A stretch of 64,000 nucleotides of DNA from Planctomycetota bacterium. Lineage in GTDB: Bacteria > Planctomycetota > Brocadiia > Brocadiales > Bathyanammoxibiaceae. Positions 19,996 through 28,598 of the stretch are shown here, piece by piece. A model generated the notes under the pieces. That model had not been told where the DNA came from and ran no database searches. It saw nothing but the letters and a program-made list of their open reading frames with translations. Position numbers and translations under genes: made by a program. Within the stretch, counting starts at the first letter, position 1. Every line of letters begins with the position of its first letter. Location: assembly GCA_016209685.1 (NCBI GenBank), contig JACQVQ010000008.1, forward strand, positions 129,778 to 193,777, read 5' to 3'.

Positions 19996-22850
19996 GTAAA
20001 AGAGATCCCATAGAAGAAAAATCTTTTGCGTGGCTGTTTGCCCTGACCATCTCTCTGCTCCTTATCAGTACCCTGTGGGCGATGTACGATGAGGTAATAG
20101 GGAGGAGGCCCTGGAAGCACTATCAGCGGGAATTCCTGGCCGTGGCCGATGGGAAATCCCAGCAGGAGCTGAAGGTGGCCACCGAGGCCCAGGCTACTGA
20201 ACAGTACAAGGGGCTCAGACAGGAGTACGATAGGGTTATTAAGGCCCTGGAGGCCAATCCGGAGAGGAATAAAAATATAGCCGAACTGAAAAGGCTGGAT
20301 AAAGAACTGGCCGAGCATATCCACGAATTACAGCTCCATAGGGGTGAGTATCAGGCCACCGTGTACGTGATGGAAAAGGCCGAGGAGGCGAGTAAAAGCA
20401 AACTCCTCCACGATGCCCAGGGGCTAGAGCCGTGCATTGAAGAACTCTCTACCAAGATGGCCACCATGCAAAGACGCAAGAAAGAGCTTCGGGCGGAACT
20501 AAAGGAGATGTCCAGAGAAAAAGAGGCCCTGGAGGAGAAACTACTGGCCTACGAGGACCGCCTAAAGGGTATACAGCGCTTCAGGGAGGCGTTAAAAAAG
20601 AAGAAGGTAGAGATAAAACAGATAGTGAATGACGAGTTGGGGGTCATAGACCGCTGTCATAGCTGTCACGCCGGTGTGGCCACAAAGGGCTTTGAGGAGA
20701 TCCAACAACCCCTCAAGACCCACTCCATGGTGGTAGGCCTACCAGCCCTTGCCCCTGGGCTGCCAGAAAGGGGCATACTGGACGCCCATCCCATAGAGAC
20801 CTTTGGCTGTACCCCGTGTCATAGAGGGCAGGGTTACGCCACCACCACTGCCCAAAAGGCCCATGGAGAACTGGAGTATGTCCTCACCCCCCTCCTCAGG
20901 GGCAAATACAACCAGGCTACCTGCTTCAAGTGCCATGACTACGAGATAGACATCCCCGGGGGTGAGGTGGTGTCATTGGGGAGGAAACTGTTCCATGAAT
21001 ATGGTTGTATTGGGTGTCACTCAGTAGGGGCCCTGGAGAGGGAGGACAAGACCCGTTACATAGGCCCGACCCTTGACGAGATTGGCAGTAAGGTATACCC
21101 AGAGTGGATTACCCCCTGGATAAATAACCCTAAAGAATTCAGGGCTGACACCAAGATGCCACGCTTCTTCCTAAGCCCGGAGGAGATAAGAAACGTAGCC
21201 TCCTACCTCTGGCAGATAGCTCAGAAGACCTCCGAGCCCTTAAATGTGCCCAAATTTGAGGCGGAGATGGTGCAATCAGGCAAGAACCGCTTTGAGAAGA
21301 CGGGGTGTCTGGGTTGTCACAAGATAGGAGACAGGGGGGGACAGTTTGCCCCCAACCTTACCAATATAGGAGAGAAGGCCCGCTACGACTACCTGGTGGA
21401 CTGGATAGCCGACCCGAAGAAACACCAGCCCCAGGGCCGTATGCCCAGCCTCCGCCTGGGTAAGGAAGAGGCAGGAGAGATAGCGGCCTACCTCACCACC
21501 CTCAGGACAAAAGAGCCAGGCGGTAAACATGAGGACTTCGGTGACCCCAGTAAGGCCGAGGCAGGTTTTGCCCTGGTGGCCAGATACGGATGCTTTGGCT
21601 GTCACAGGATAAAGGGTATGGAAGATAGGGGTAAGATTGGGGCAGACCTTTCAGACGAGGGCGTCAAGCCCATAGAGCGGTTTGATTTTGCCTTGCTTGA
21701 ACATGAGATTATGCACAAGATAGGGCTGGAAACCCCCAGGGACGAGGTGGCAAAGGCAAGGATGGCCTGGCTCACTACTAAACTTAAAGACCCCAGGATA
21801 TATGATACGGGTAAATACAAGAAACCAGAGGATAAGCTCCGTATGCCCAACGGCGGGTTGAACGACCAGGAGGCACAGGCCCTTGTTACGTTTATCATGG
21901 GGCTTACGGGCGAGAAGGTCTCTCCTAAATTTAAACGCAATCTCTCAGAGCAGGACAAGGCCGTCGTGGATGGCACCTTCCTCATCAGGAGATATAACTG
22001 TGTAGGATGCCATCCCTTCACACTGGAGAGGCTAACCCTGGCCGACGGCACCAAGGTGGAGGGTATGACCAAGATGGAGGAGGAGGGCACCCTGTTCTTC
22101 CAGCTCTGGCGGGATTACCCGGAGATGGGGAAGAAACTGGGAGAGAACATTGCAGTAGAGCTGACGGAGGTAAAGGGGCGTGTCCCTACCATGGGAGGGG
22201 AGATAGTCCCACTGATTATAGGGAAGATGGAAGAAGAGGAGGGTCTGGTGCCTGAGGAGGCCAGGGCCTTTGCCCCCCCCTTCCTTTATGGAGAGGGAAA
22301 GAGGGTACAGGCCGACTGGCTGTACAGGTTCGTCCAGGCCCCCATACCTCTGAGACCCTGGCTAAACGTAAAGATGCCCACCTTTGGTCTTAGTAAAGAG
22401 GAGGCTAACACACTGGCCAAATATTTTGCCCTTCTTGAACATCAGGAGTATCCTTATGAACGACTACAGGAGAGAGAGAGGGCCTACGTGGACTCAAGGT
22501 GCTCCAAGGATGCAGACTATTATATGAAGGCCAAACACCTCATGGACTCCAAGGACGTGAACTGCGGCTCCTGCCATGTCCGTGGGGAATTGAAGCCCTC
22601 CGGAGACCCCTCTGGTTGGGCGCCTGATTTGTCCCTGGCCAGGGAACGCCTGAGACCCAACTGGATAAAGGAGTGGCTTACCGACCCCCAGAGGATACAG
22701 GTAGGCACAAAGATGCCCAAGTTTCCATGGGGAGAGTTCCAGGACACATTCCCAGGCAGCGCCGGAGACCAGGTGGAGGCCCTGAAGGATTTGATTATGA
22801 GCCCTGGGGATTTATTGACCAAGTCACCTGCGGAATTGGCTAAGAGGTGA
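19992..22850 (+). CDS. Membrane-anchored octaheme cytochrome c
   Basis: Eight CxxCH motifs (CHSCH, CTPCH, CFKCH, CIGCH, CLGCH, CFGCH, CVGCH, CGSCH). N-terminal TM helix plus coiled coil. ATGA overlap with the preceding gene. Confidence 0.85.
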   Translation: MSKRDPIEEKSFAWLFALTISLLLISTLWAMYDEVIGRRPWKHYQREFLAVADGKSQQELKVATEAQATEQYKGLRQEYDRVIKALEANPERNKNIAELKRLDKELAEHIHELQLHRGEYQATVYVMEKAEEASKSKLLHDAQGLEPCIEELSTKMATMQRRKKELRAELKEMSREKEALEEKLLAYEDRLKGIQRFREALKKKKVEIKQIVNDELGVIDRCHSCHAGVATKGFEEIQQPLKTHSMVVGLPALAPGLPERGILDAHPIETFGCTPCHRGQGYATTTAQKAHGELEYVLTPLLRGKYNQATCFKCHDYEIDIPGGEVVSLGRKLFHEYGCIGCHSVGALEREDKTRYIGPTLDEIGSKVYPEWITPWINNPKEFRADTKMPRFFLSPEEIRNVASYLWQIAQKTSEPLNVPKFEAEMVQSGKNRFEKTGCLGCHKIGDRGGQFAPNLTNIGEKARYDYLVDWIADPKKHQPQGRMPSLRLGKEEAGEIAAYLTTLRTKEPGGKHEDFGDPSKAEAGFALVARYGCFGCHRIKGMEDRGKIGADLSDEGVKPIERFDFALLEHEIMHKIGLETPRDEVAKARMAWLTTKLKDPRIYDTGKYKKPEDKLRMPNGGLNDQEAQALVTFIMGLTGEKVSPKFKRNLSEQDKAVVDGTFLIRRYNCVGCHPFTLERLTLADGTKVEGMTKMEEEGTLFFQLWRDYPEMGKKLGENIAVELTEVKGRVPTMGGEIVPLIIGKMEEEEGLVPEEARAFAPPFLYGEGKRVQADWLYRFVQAPIPLRPWLNVKMPTFGLSKEEANTLAKYFALLEHQEYPYERLQERERAYVDSRCSKDADYYMKAKHLMDSKDVNCGSCHVRGELKPSGDPSGWAPDLSLARERLRPNWIKEWLTDPQRIQVGTKMPKFPWGEFQDTFPGSAGDQVEALKDLIMSPGDLLTKSPAELAKR

Positions 22851-22860
22851 GAAAATAGCT

Positions 22861-22901
22861 GTAGGGGCATCCGCCGTAGGGGCGAACGGCCGTTCGCCCC
22901 T
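22861..22901. repeat. Double GTAG REP-like element ending the long operon
   Basis: GTAGGGGCATCCGCC followed by GTAGGGGCGAACGGCCGTTCGCCCCT (22-nt perfect palindrome at 22879-22900). Confidence 0.8.
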
Positions 22902-23130
22902 CCCCCCCCAACTGTCTCAGGTAGTACACTCTAGCATGTAAATAAGGCGTATAAGGGTGTATCTCAGTAACATATGTGTTATCAGAGACTTATATCTTTA
23001 AGGCGATTATAGCCCTGTACAAAGTGTGACCAGGACTACACATGGCCTTTTCTTGCCTGTTTATAGATGTATAGTCCTAACCATTTTGTCTCCAATATAT
23101 TATGATAATTACCAGTTACTTATCAAGAAT

Positions 23131-23145
23131 TGGTACGCTAATTGT
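23131..23145 (+). promoter_or_regulatory. Possible second sigma54-type promoter TGGTACGCTAATTGT
   Basis: Same spacing as, and high similarity to, the 9862 element, but -12 is TTGT rather than TTGC. Lies about 65 nt upstream of the ferredoxin gene. Confidence 0.35.
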
Positions 23146-23208
23146 GGATAGTTCCCCGACTAGAGCTGTATAGCTGGATATCCAGACTAACTGCTAAGGA
23201 GGACAAAT

Positions 23209-23676
23209 ATGGCATATATGATTAAGGATACCTGTATAGGTTGTACCCTTTGTGCGAAGAAGTGCCCTGTAGGGGCTATTACCGGGGAGGCAAAGAAGCT
23301 TCATTATATTCATTCCAGACTGTGCATAGATTGTGGCGTATGCGGCAGTTATTGCCCATCAAATAGTATTTATGATAATGAGGGAAGGCAGACCTTTAAG
23401 ATAAAAGAGAGACCGATAGCGGTAGTAGACCCAGAGCGGTGCAGTGGGTGTAACCGTTGTGTGGATGTGTGCCCCGCTGGCTGCCTGGAGATGATGGATG
23501 AGGAACCTGGGACTATTTACAAGGTTGCCAGGAACGTACGGACAAAGGATTGTGTGGCCTGTAGGATGTGTGAGATGGTCTGTGGAGATAAGGAGGCCAT
23601 CAGGGTCCTCTGGCCTGACGGAGGGCGTTGCCATTCCCTTAACAGGGCAACCCCCCAAGAGGTTGTTGCTGCCTAG
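23209..23676 (+). CDS. Ferredoxin with four [4Fe-4S]-type cysteine motifs
   Basis: CIGCTLCAKKCP, CIDCGVCGSYCP, CSGCNRCVDVCP and CVACRMCEMVCG. RBS AAGGAGG. Confidence 0.85.
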   Translation: MAYMIKDTCIGCTLCAKKCPVGAITGEAKKLHYIHSRLCIDCGVCGSYCPSNSIYDNEGRQTFKIKERPIAVVDPERCSGCNRCVDVCPAGCLEMMDEEPGTIYKVARNVRTKDCVACRMCEMVCGDKEAIRVLWPDGGRCHSLNRATPQEVVAA

Positions 23677-23735
23677 GATTTGTTGAAAATCCGCCTCAGG
23701 CGGGCTACAGTGATTCTGCACCCGGAGGGAAACCG

Positions 23736-24542
23736 ATGCTAGCAAGGGTTTTGACAGGTATGGCGCTTGGGATGTGGGTTGTTACTTATGCCTGCCTCGC
23801 CCAGGCCTATGAAGTTATAGACGTAAAGGATGGGGGTGTCATTAGTGGAGTGGTGAAGTTGTCCGGGGATGCACCGGCACCAGAGGAGTTGCTTATTGAT
23901 AAAGACCCGGAGGTGTGCGGTAAGCACTTGCCCAGGCTCTCTGAGAAGATAATAGTGGACAAGGGCACTAAGGGTGTAAAGAACGCCGTGGTGTATCTGG
24001 TAGGCGTAGCCAAGGGGAAGGCCTTTGCAGGCCCCAATGCTGGGGCGGCTGACCCCCATGGCCATGGCGGTGCAGGGGAAGCGCCGGTCTCAAGTGGAGG
24101 AGAATATACCCTGGACCAGAAGGAGTGCGGTTTCATACCTCACGTGCAGGTCATCCCCGCTGGGGGCGAAGTGGAGCTGAGGAACGGTGACCCTTTAATG
24201 CACAACCTGCACTCTTACTCTATGAAGAATAGCAGTTTTAATGAGAGCATACCGGGTGATGGGAAACCAGTGCACAAGAAATTTGATTACCCTGAGGTGA
24301 TAAAGGTAGGGTGTGACGTCCACAAGTGGATGAACGCATGGATAGTGGTGAGGGATAACCCTTACTGCGCAGTAACTGCGGCGGATGGGAGCTTCACAAT
24401 TGCGGATGTCCCCGCCGGGGCCTACAAGCTGAACGTCTGGCATGAGGCGGCCAGCAAAGAGGATTTGAAGAAACTGACCAAGGACGTTACCATAGAGGCC
24501 AAGAAGGAGGTCAAAGTAGACCTGGAAGTTGCCTTGAAATAA
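23736..24542 (+). CDS. Secreted cupredoxin-like (type 1 copper motif) protein with a C-terminal carboxypeptidase-regulatory-like beta domain
   Basis: Signal peptide. Candidate copper ligands MHNLH ... GCDVHKWM (C-x2-H-x2-M). C-terminal GSFTIADVPAGAYKLNVWHE. Confidence 0.45.
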   Translation: MLARVLTGMALGMWVVTYACLAQAYEVIDVKDGGVISGVVKLSGDAPAPEELLIDKDPEVCGKHLPRLSEKIIVDKGTKGVKNAVVYLVGVAKGKAFAGPNAGAADPHGHGGAGEAPVSSGGEYTLDQKECGFIPHVQVIPAGGEVELRNGDPLMHNLHSYSMKNSSFNESIPGDGKPVHKKFDYPEVIKVGCDVHKWMNAWIVVRDNPYCAVTAADGSFTIADVPAGAYKLNVWHEAASKEDLKKLTKDVTIEAKKEVKVDLEVALK

Positions 24543-24762
24543 TCCGCCTGCGGCGGATAAAGAATTATCCAGCCCGTTTTGCGTCTTCACCGAGGTTCTG
24601 CCCGCTTAAGGACTGCAACGAAGACGCCTGTAGGGCTGGCTTGAAGGGCCTTCTGTAAAGGAGGCCTTTTTTGTTTCCAGGGGTTACCGTAACAGTAGAC
24701 AGAATATAGAACTGGGGCTCTGTCCCTAGCTAACTCACACCATAAAAGTTCAGGATTAACAG

Positions 24763-24792
24763 TTGTTTCCCTTGCCTTTTAACGGGTATAAT
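24763..24792 (+). promoter_or_regulatory. Possible promoter TTGTTT-N18-TATAAT upstream of tRNA-Ala
   Basis: Read directly; the -10 hexamer is at 24787-24792. Confidence 0.3.
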
Positions 24793-24855
24793 TAGTATCA
24801 TTTTATTTGTTTTTGCTAATCCCTGTTCCCTGACCCCTAATCCCTGATTTAAGGT

Positions 24856-24931
24856 GGGGACGTAGCTCAGTTGGGAGAGCGCAGCGCTCGCATCGCTGAG
24901 GTCGGGGGTTCAAATCCCCTCGTCTCCACCA
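24856..24931 (+). tRNA. tRNA-Ala (anticodon CGC), CCA encoded
   Basis: Hand-folded cloverleaf: acceptor GGGGACG/CGTCTCC with the G3:U70 alanine identity pair, D arm GCTC-AGTTGGGA-GAGC, anticodon loop CTCGCAT, T arm GGGGG-TTCAAAT-CCCCT. Confidence 0.95.
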
Positions 24932-25015
24932 GTCTTATTTTTATCTTAAAAGTTTTACCCTTACTCTCTAGTACCAAAAAGTTCAGTTAAAAATCGTTGG
25001 AAATAAATCAGGATT

Positions 25016-25339
25016 GTGGTAAATAGGGGATGTATACCCGTGGGAATTGAGCAAAAATATCTCCTCAGGCTAAAAGAGCTGGTGATAAACTTCCTGAAGG
25101 ATAGAGAAGTAAAGATAATCCTCTTTGGTTCAAGGGCAAGAGGACAGGGCTCCCCTTTTTCTGATGTAGATATTGGTATTGTACCTTCTGGGGAGTTGAG
25201 CGATAGGGAACTGGCCATTTTGAGAGAGAGGATTGAGGATTCCAATATCCCTTACAAGGTAGAAGTAGTAAACTTTTCTGAGGTCTCAGAAGGGTTTAAG
25301 AAAAGTGCCTTAAAAGGGGCGATAGTTTGGAAAGACTAA
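25016..25339 (+). CDS. Minimal nucleotidyltransferase (MNT) of an MNT/HEPN pair
   Basis: GSRARGQGSPFSDVDIGI (GSx10DxD). 13-nt overlap with the HEPN gene. Confidence 0.8.
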   Translation: MVNRGCIPVGIEQKYLLRLKELVINFLKDREVKIILFGSRARGQGSPFSDVDIGIVPSGELSDRELAILRERIEDSNIPYKVEVVNFSEVSEGFKKSALKGAIVWKD

Positions 25340-25716
25340 GACAGAGATACGAAGACGCCAAGAGGGCCTTAAAAACTCTCGAAGAGGTGATTAACGAGCC
25401 ATATTCTCTTGTCGTGAGAGATGCCACTATCCAGAGGTTTGAGTACACCTTTGAGGCCGTATGGAAATTCTTGAGGGAATACCTGGGGAATAAAGAGGGT
25501 ATCATCTGCAACTCTCCCAAGTCCTGCTTTAGAGAGGCCTTTAGCTTAGGGTTCTTAAAAGAGGAAGAGGCGGCAGAATTCCTGGAAATGACAGACAGGA
25601 GGAATGAGACCGCACATACCTATAAGGAAGAGGTTGCCCAACTCATCTATAGTAAGACCAAAGGCTATTTCTTCTTGATGCAAAACCTTGTGAACAAGCT
25701 TGTGGATAAGATGTGA
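25327..25716 (+). CDS. HEPN-domain protein (HI0074-type nucleotidyltransferase substrate-binding family)
   Basis: IQRFEYTFEAVWKFLREYL and the Rx4H motif RRNETAH. Confidence 0.8.
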   Translation: MERLRQRYEDAKRALKTLEEVINEPYSLVVRDATIQRFEYTFEAVWKFLREYLGNKEGIICNSPKSCFREAFSLGFLKEEEAAEFLEMTDRRNETAHTYKEEVAQLIYSKTKGYFFLMQNLVNKLVDKM

Positions 25717-25731
25717 ATCTGGCTCAGAAAT

Positions 25732-25796
25732 GTAGGGTGGGCTATGCCCACCAATTAAAGGTGCAAAAGGTGTAGGGTGGGCATAGCCCATCCTAC
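25732..25796. repeat. Two GTAG-headed hairpins (GTAGGGTGGGCTATGCCCACC; GTAGGGTGGGCATAGCCCATCCTAC)
   Basis: Located at 25732-25752 and 25772-25796, directly upstream of the helicase start. Confidence 0.8.
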
Positions 25797-25802
25797 TGTT
25801 AT

Positions 25803-27602
25803 ATGATTCAATCTCAGTCGCTATCAATATTGAAGACGGGTGCAAATGTTTTTTTGACTGGTGAGCCCGGGTCAGGCAAGACGCATACGATCAACGAGTA
25901 TGTAGCGTATTTGCGGGCGCGAGGTATAGAGCCGGCAATCACGGCCTCAACGGGCATCTCCGCAACGCACATCGGCGGGATGACCATTCATTCGTGGAGC
26001 GGTATAGGAATTAAAACGAAATTGGACAAAGGCGATCTTGATAAAATCTCATCCAATCCATACATAGTAAATCGCATCAATCGCACCAAAGTCCTTATCA
26101 TAGATGAAGTGTCCATGCTTCCTCCTGAGACCCTCTCCATGATCGATGCTATTTGTAGCAAAATCAAACAGAGTTCAGGGCCGTTCGGGGGTATTCAAGT
26201 CGTCCTGGTCGGCGACTTTTTCCAATTGCCGCCGATTGTAAAAACAGGAGTGGGGAACGACTCGCAAACAATGTTCATTGAAGAGTTGCCGGCCCGTTTC
26301 GTTTACGACTCTCTTGCGTGGGGACGGGCAAACTTGGTCGTCTGCTATCTCACCGAGCAGTACCGGCAGGACGACAGCGATTTTCTTACTTTGCTCTCAG
26401 CAATTCGGCGCAACGCCTTCGGTGAAGACCACTTGTGCCACATTAAAAGCAGAAGAATTGGTCATCGTGCCGCACCGAATGGCGCACCGAAACTCTTTTC
26501 GCATAATGTAGATGTGGACCGTGTCAATGACGGAATACTCGCTAATCTTCCTGGCGAGTCAAAAGTATTTACCATGTCTTCGCAAGGTCCGGACGTGCTC
26601 GCCTCCGCACTTAAGAGAGGATGCCTTTCGCCAGAGACGCTTTACCTCAAAGTCGGAGCGGCCGTGATGTTCACAAAAAATAATCCGAAAGAAGGATTCG
26701 TGAATGGCACGCTTGGTGCGATTGAAGAATTTGATAAGCACAGTGGCTATCCAATCGTGAAGACACGGAGCGGAAGACGGATTGAGGTTGAGCCGATGGA
26801 CTGGGCAGTGGAAGAGAATGGAAAAATTCGGGCGCAGATTACGCAATTGCCACTTCGTCTTGCCTGGGCAATCACTGTGCATAAGAGCCAGGGGATGAGT
26901 TTGGACGAAGCGGTGATGGATTTAAGCAATGTCTTTGAATTCGGGCAAGGGTATGTCGCACTCTCGCGCGTCAGGCGGCTTTCGGGTCTGTATCTTCTTG
27001 GCTGGAATGAGCGTGCGTTTCAGGTGCACCCCGAAGTATCGGAAAAGGATGCGGAGTTCCGCACTCAGTCGGAGCAGACGGCGCGCACGTTCAGCAAGGT
27101 TGCGGGAGACGAGATTACAGCAATGCACGAGCGGTTCATTCACCTGTGCGGGGGGGAAATTATCCCAGAAAGCCGCGTTAGTGCGACGATAGCGTCTCGC
27201 CCTCTACACACGGCCCACGAGGACGGAAACACCCGAGGCGAGCGGCGCTGGGAACGCACCCTTGCCCTTATTCGGTCTGGAAAGACGATCGCTGAGGTTG
27301 CGAAGATGCGCGGCCGGACTGAAGGAACAATCCTGGAACATCTGGAGGCGCTTCGGGCACTCAATAAACTATCGGTACAAGATATTGCGCATCTAGCGCG
27401 CGGGTCTGAGGAGGCAATCGCCAAAATCCATAGGGCGTTTTGCGAACTCGGCACTAATAAACTCTCGCCTATTTTTAAAAAACTTGGCGGCGCATATTCA
27501 TACGACAAGTTGCGAATAGCCCGACTAATGCTCAACGAACAATTCCCACAGGAAACTTCTGTGTCATCTGGTTTTGAGAAAACAAGAGAAAGAGACCTCT
27601 GA
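25803..27602 (+). CDS. PIF1/RecD-family ATP-dependent DNA helicase with a C-terminal HTH-like extension
   Basis: Walker A GEPGSGKTH, LIIDEVSM, GDFFQLPPI, TVHKSQGMS. Arg codons are mostly CGN, unlike the neighbouring genes (AGR). The last codons and the stop lie inside a MITE. Confidence 0.85.
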   Translation: MIQSQSLSILKTGANVFLTGEPGSGKTHTINEYVAYLRARGIEPAITASTGISATHIGGMTIHSWSGIGIKTKLDKGDLDKISSNPYIVNRINRTKVLIIDEVSMLPPETLSMIDAICSKIKQSSGPFGGIQVVLVGDFFQLPPIVKTGVGNDSQTMFIEELPARFVYDSLAWGRANLVVCYLTEQYRQDDSDFLTLLSAIRRNAFGEDHLCHIKSRRIGHRAAPNGAPKLFSHNVDVDRVNDGILANLPGESKVFTMSSQGPDVLASALKRGCLSPETLYLKVGAAVMFTKNNPKEGFVNGTLGAIEEFDKHSGYPIVKTRSGRRIEVEPMDWAVEENGKIRAQITQLPLRLAWAITVHKSQGMSLDEAVMDLSNVFEFGQGYVALSRVRRLSGLYLLGWNERAFQVHPEVSEKDAEFRTQSEQTARTFSKVAGDEITAMHERFIHLCGGEIIPESRVSATIASRPLHTAHEDGNTRGERRWERTLALIRSGKTIAEVAKMRGRTEGTILEHLEALRALNKLSVQDIAHLARGSEEAIAKIHRAFCELGTNKLSPIFKKLGGAYSYDKLRIARLMLNEQFPQETSVSSGFEKTRERDL

Positions 27603-27722
27603 AAAAGTCACTCCAACAGCATGTGTCATTCTGAGCGAAGCGAAGAATCTGGTCGTTTAGGAGATTCTTCGGTCGCTTCGCTCCCTCAGAATGACATGTG
27701 AGCAGAGTTTTTCAGAGGTCTC
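27592..27722. mobile_element. MITE, 131-bp copy, TSD AGAAA
   Basis: Perfect 15-nt TIR GAGACCTCTGAAAAA / TTTTTCAGAGGTCTC. AGAAA flanks it at 27587-27591 and 27723-27727. Confidence 0.9.
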
Positions 27723-27806
27723 AGAAAAACATTCAAATGCCTACTAATTTAAAATGGGGACACATCCCCTATTTTCTTATACTATTTTAATTATCTCGCC
27801 AGTACG

Positions 27807-28205
27807 TTATTCTAGCGCCACCTCAGCAAAGGTGTCGGGGTCTTGAGGGTCAAAAGGGGTGTCCGTACAGTAGACCAGGTACATGTCCCCCTCTCCAGTA
27901 TTCTTGAATCCATGGATGACCCTGGGGGGTATCTTGACTATCCTTAGCTTGTCATCCCCCAGGGTTATCTCTGACACCTTTCCGCTGTCCATATCCTTAA
28001 GTACCAGTCTCATCCTGCCCTTTATTACGCAGTACCACTCTGTCTTGTGGAGGTGGTAGTGGTTGCCCTTAACCATCCCAGGGGCGGCTACCGTAAGGTT
28101 TATCTGAGCCATCTTTTCTATCCCGAACTCCTTACGGAACAGCTCTACGAACCATCCCCTGTGGTCTTTGAGCACCTTGAGGTCTTTAATCTCTATGTCC
28201 TTCAT
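27807..28205 (-). CDS. Cupin-fold sugar-nucleotide epimerase/isomerase-like protein (RmlC/WxcM-like)
   Basis: 132 aa with KDHRGWFVELF and GNHYH..TEWYCV cupin motifs. Confidence 0.55.
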   Translation of the reverse strand: MKDIEIKDLKVLKDHRGWFVELFRKEFGIEKMAQINLTVAAPGMVKGNHYHLHKTEWYCVIKGRMRLVLKDMDSGKVSEITLGDDKLRIVKIPPRVIHGFKNTGEGDMYLVYCTDTPFDPQDPDTFAEVALE

Positions 28206-28288
28206 CCTCTGGTCCGTCCTGTGTTGGATAGATTTTAGATGGGAGACGTCCTAAAGTAAAGGCGGTTGTCAATTGTCCAATTGCATGA

Positions 28289-28317
28289 TTGACAGGGCTG
28301 GCCTCCTTTGATAATCT
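28289..28317 (+). promoter_or_regulatory. Sigma70-like promoter TTGACA-N17-TAATCT (TG-extended -10)
   Basis: Read directly. It is followed by about 280 nt of stacked repeats before the 28599 ORF. Confidence 0.35.
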
Positions 28318-28328
28318 AATAGCCCAGG

Positions 28329-28520
28329 CCATGAACCAGAAGCGGTTCATGGCAGTCCCTGAACCGCTTCTGGTTTAGGGCAGGCCCTGAACCGTCCCTT
28401 CGCTCCGCTCTAGGGCAGGTCTGGTTCAGGGCAGGTGAGGGTTTGCGGAAACTAGTAGTCAGAAGACAGGAGACGGAATACTAATTACTGAATTCTGACT
28501 ACCGACTACAGTCTTCTGTC
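28329..28520. repeat. Cluster of four stacked hairpin repeats
   Basis: CCATGAACC-N6-GGTTCATGG (28329-28352). CCCTGAACC..GGTTTAGGG (28357-28380). GCCCTGAACC...GGTTCAGGGC enclosing the CCCTTCGCTCCGCTCTAGGGCAGG module (28384-28432). GTAGTCAGAAGAC...GTCTTCTG (28453-28520). Confidence 0.8.
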
Positions 28521-28598
28521 ATTAGGAGGTCTGATATCTACGTTGCCCTGGCAGTATGGCTCATAGCCATCATTTTCCTGAGCTTCGGGATAAAGGCC

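Noticed and set aside
24647-24672. Possible Rho-independent terminator (GGCCT-N10-AGGCC-TTTTTT) after the cupredoxin-like gene
   Set aside because: It has only a 5-bp stem and a large loop, which is too weak to call with confidence.
27740-27775. Hairpin AAAATGGGGACACATCCCCTATTTT between the convergent helicase and cupin genes as a bidirectional terminator
   Set aside because: The stem is only ~5 bp. It is plausible but unsupported without transcript data.
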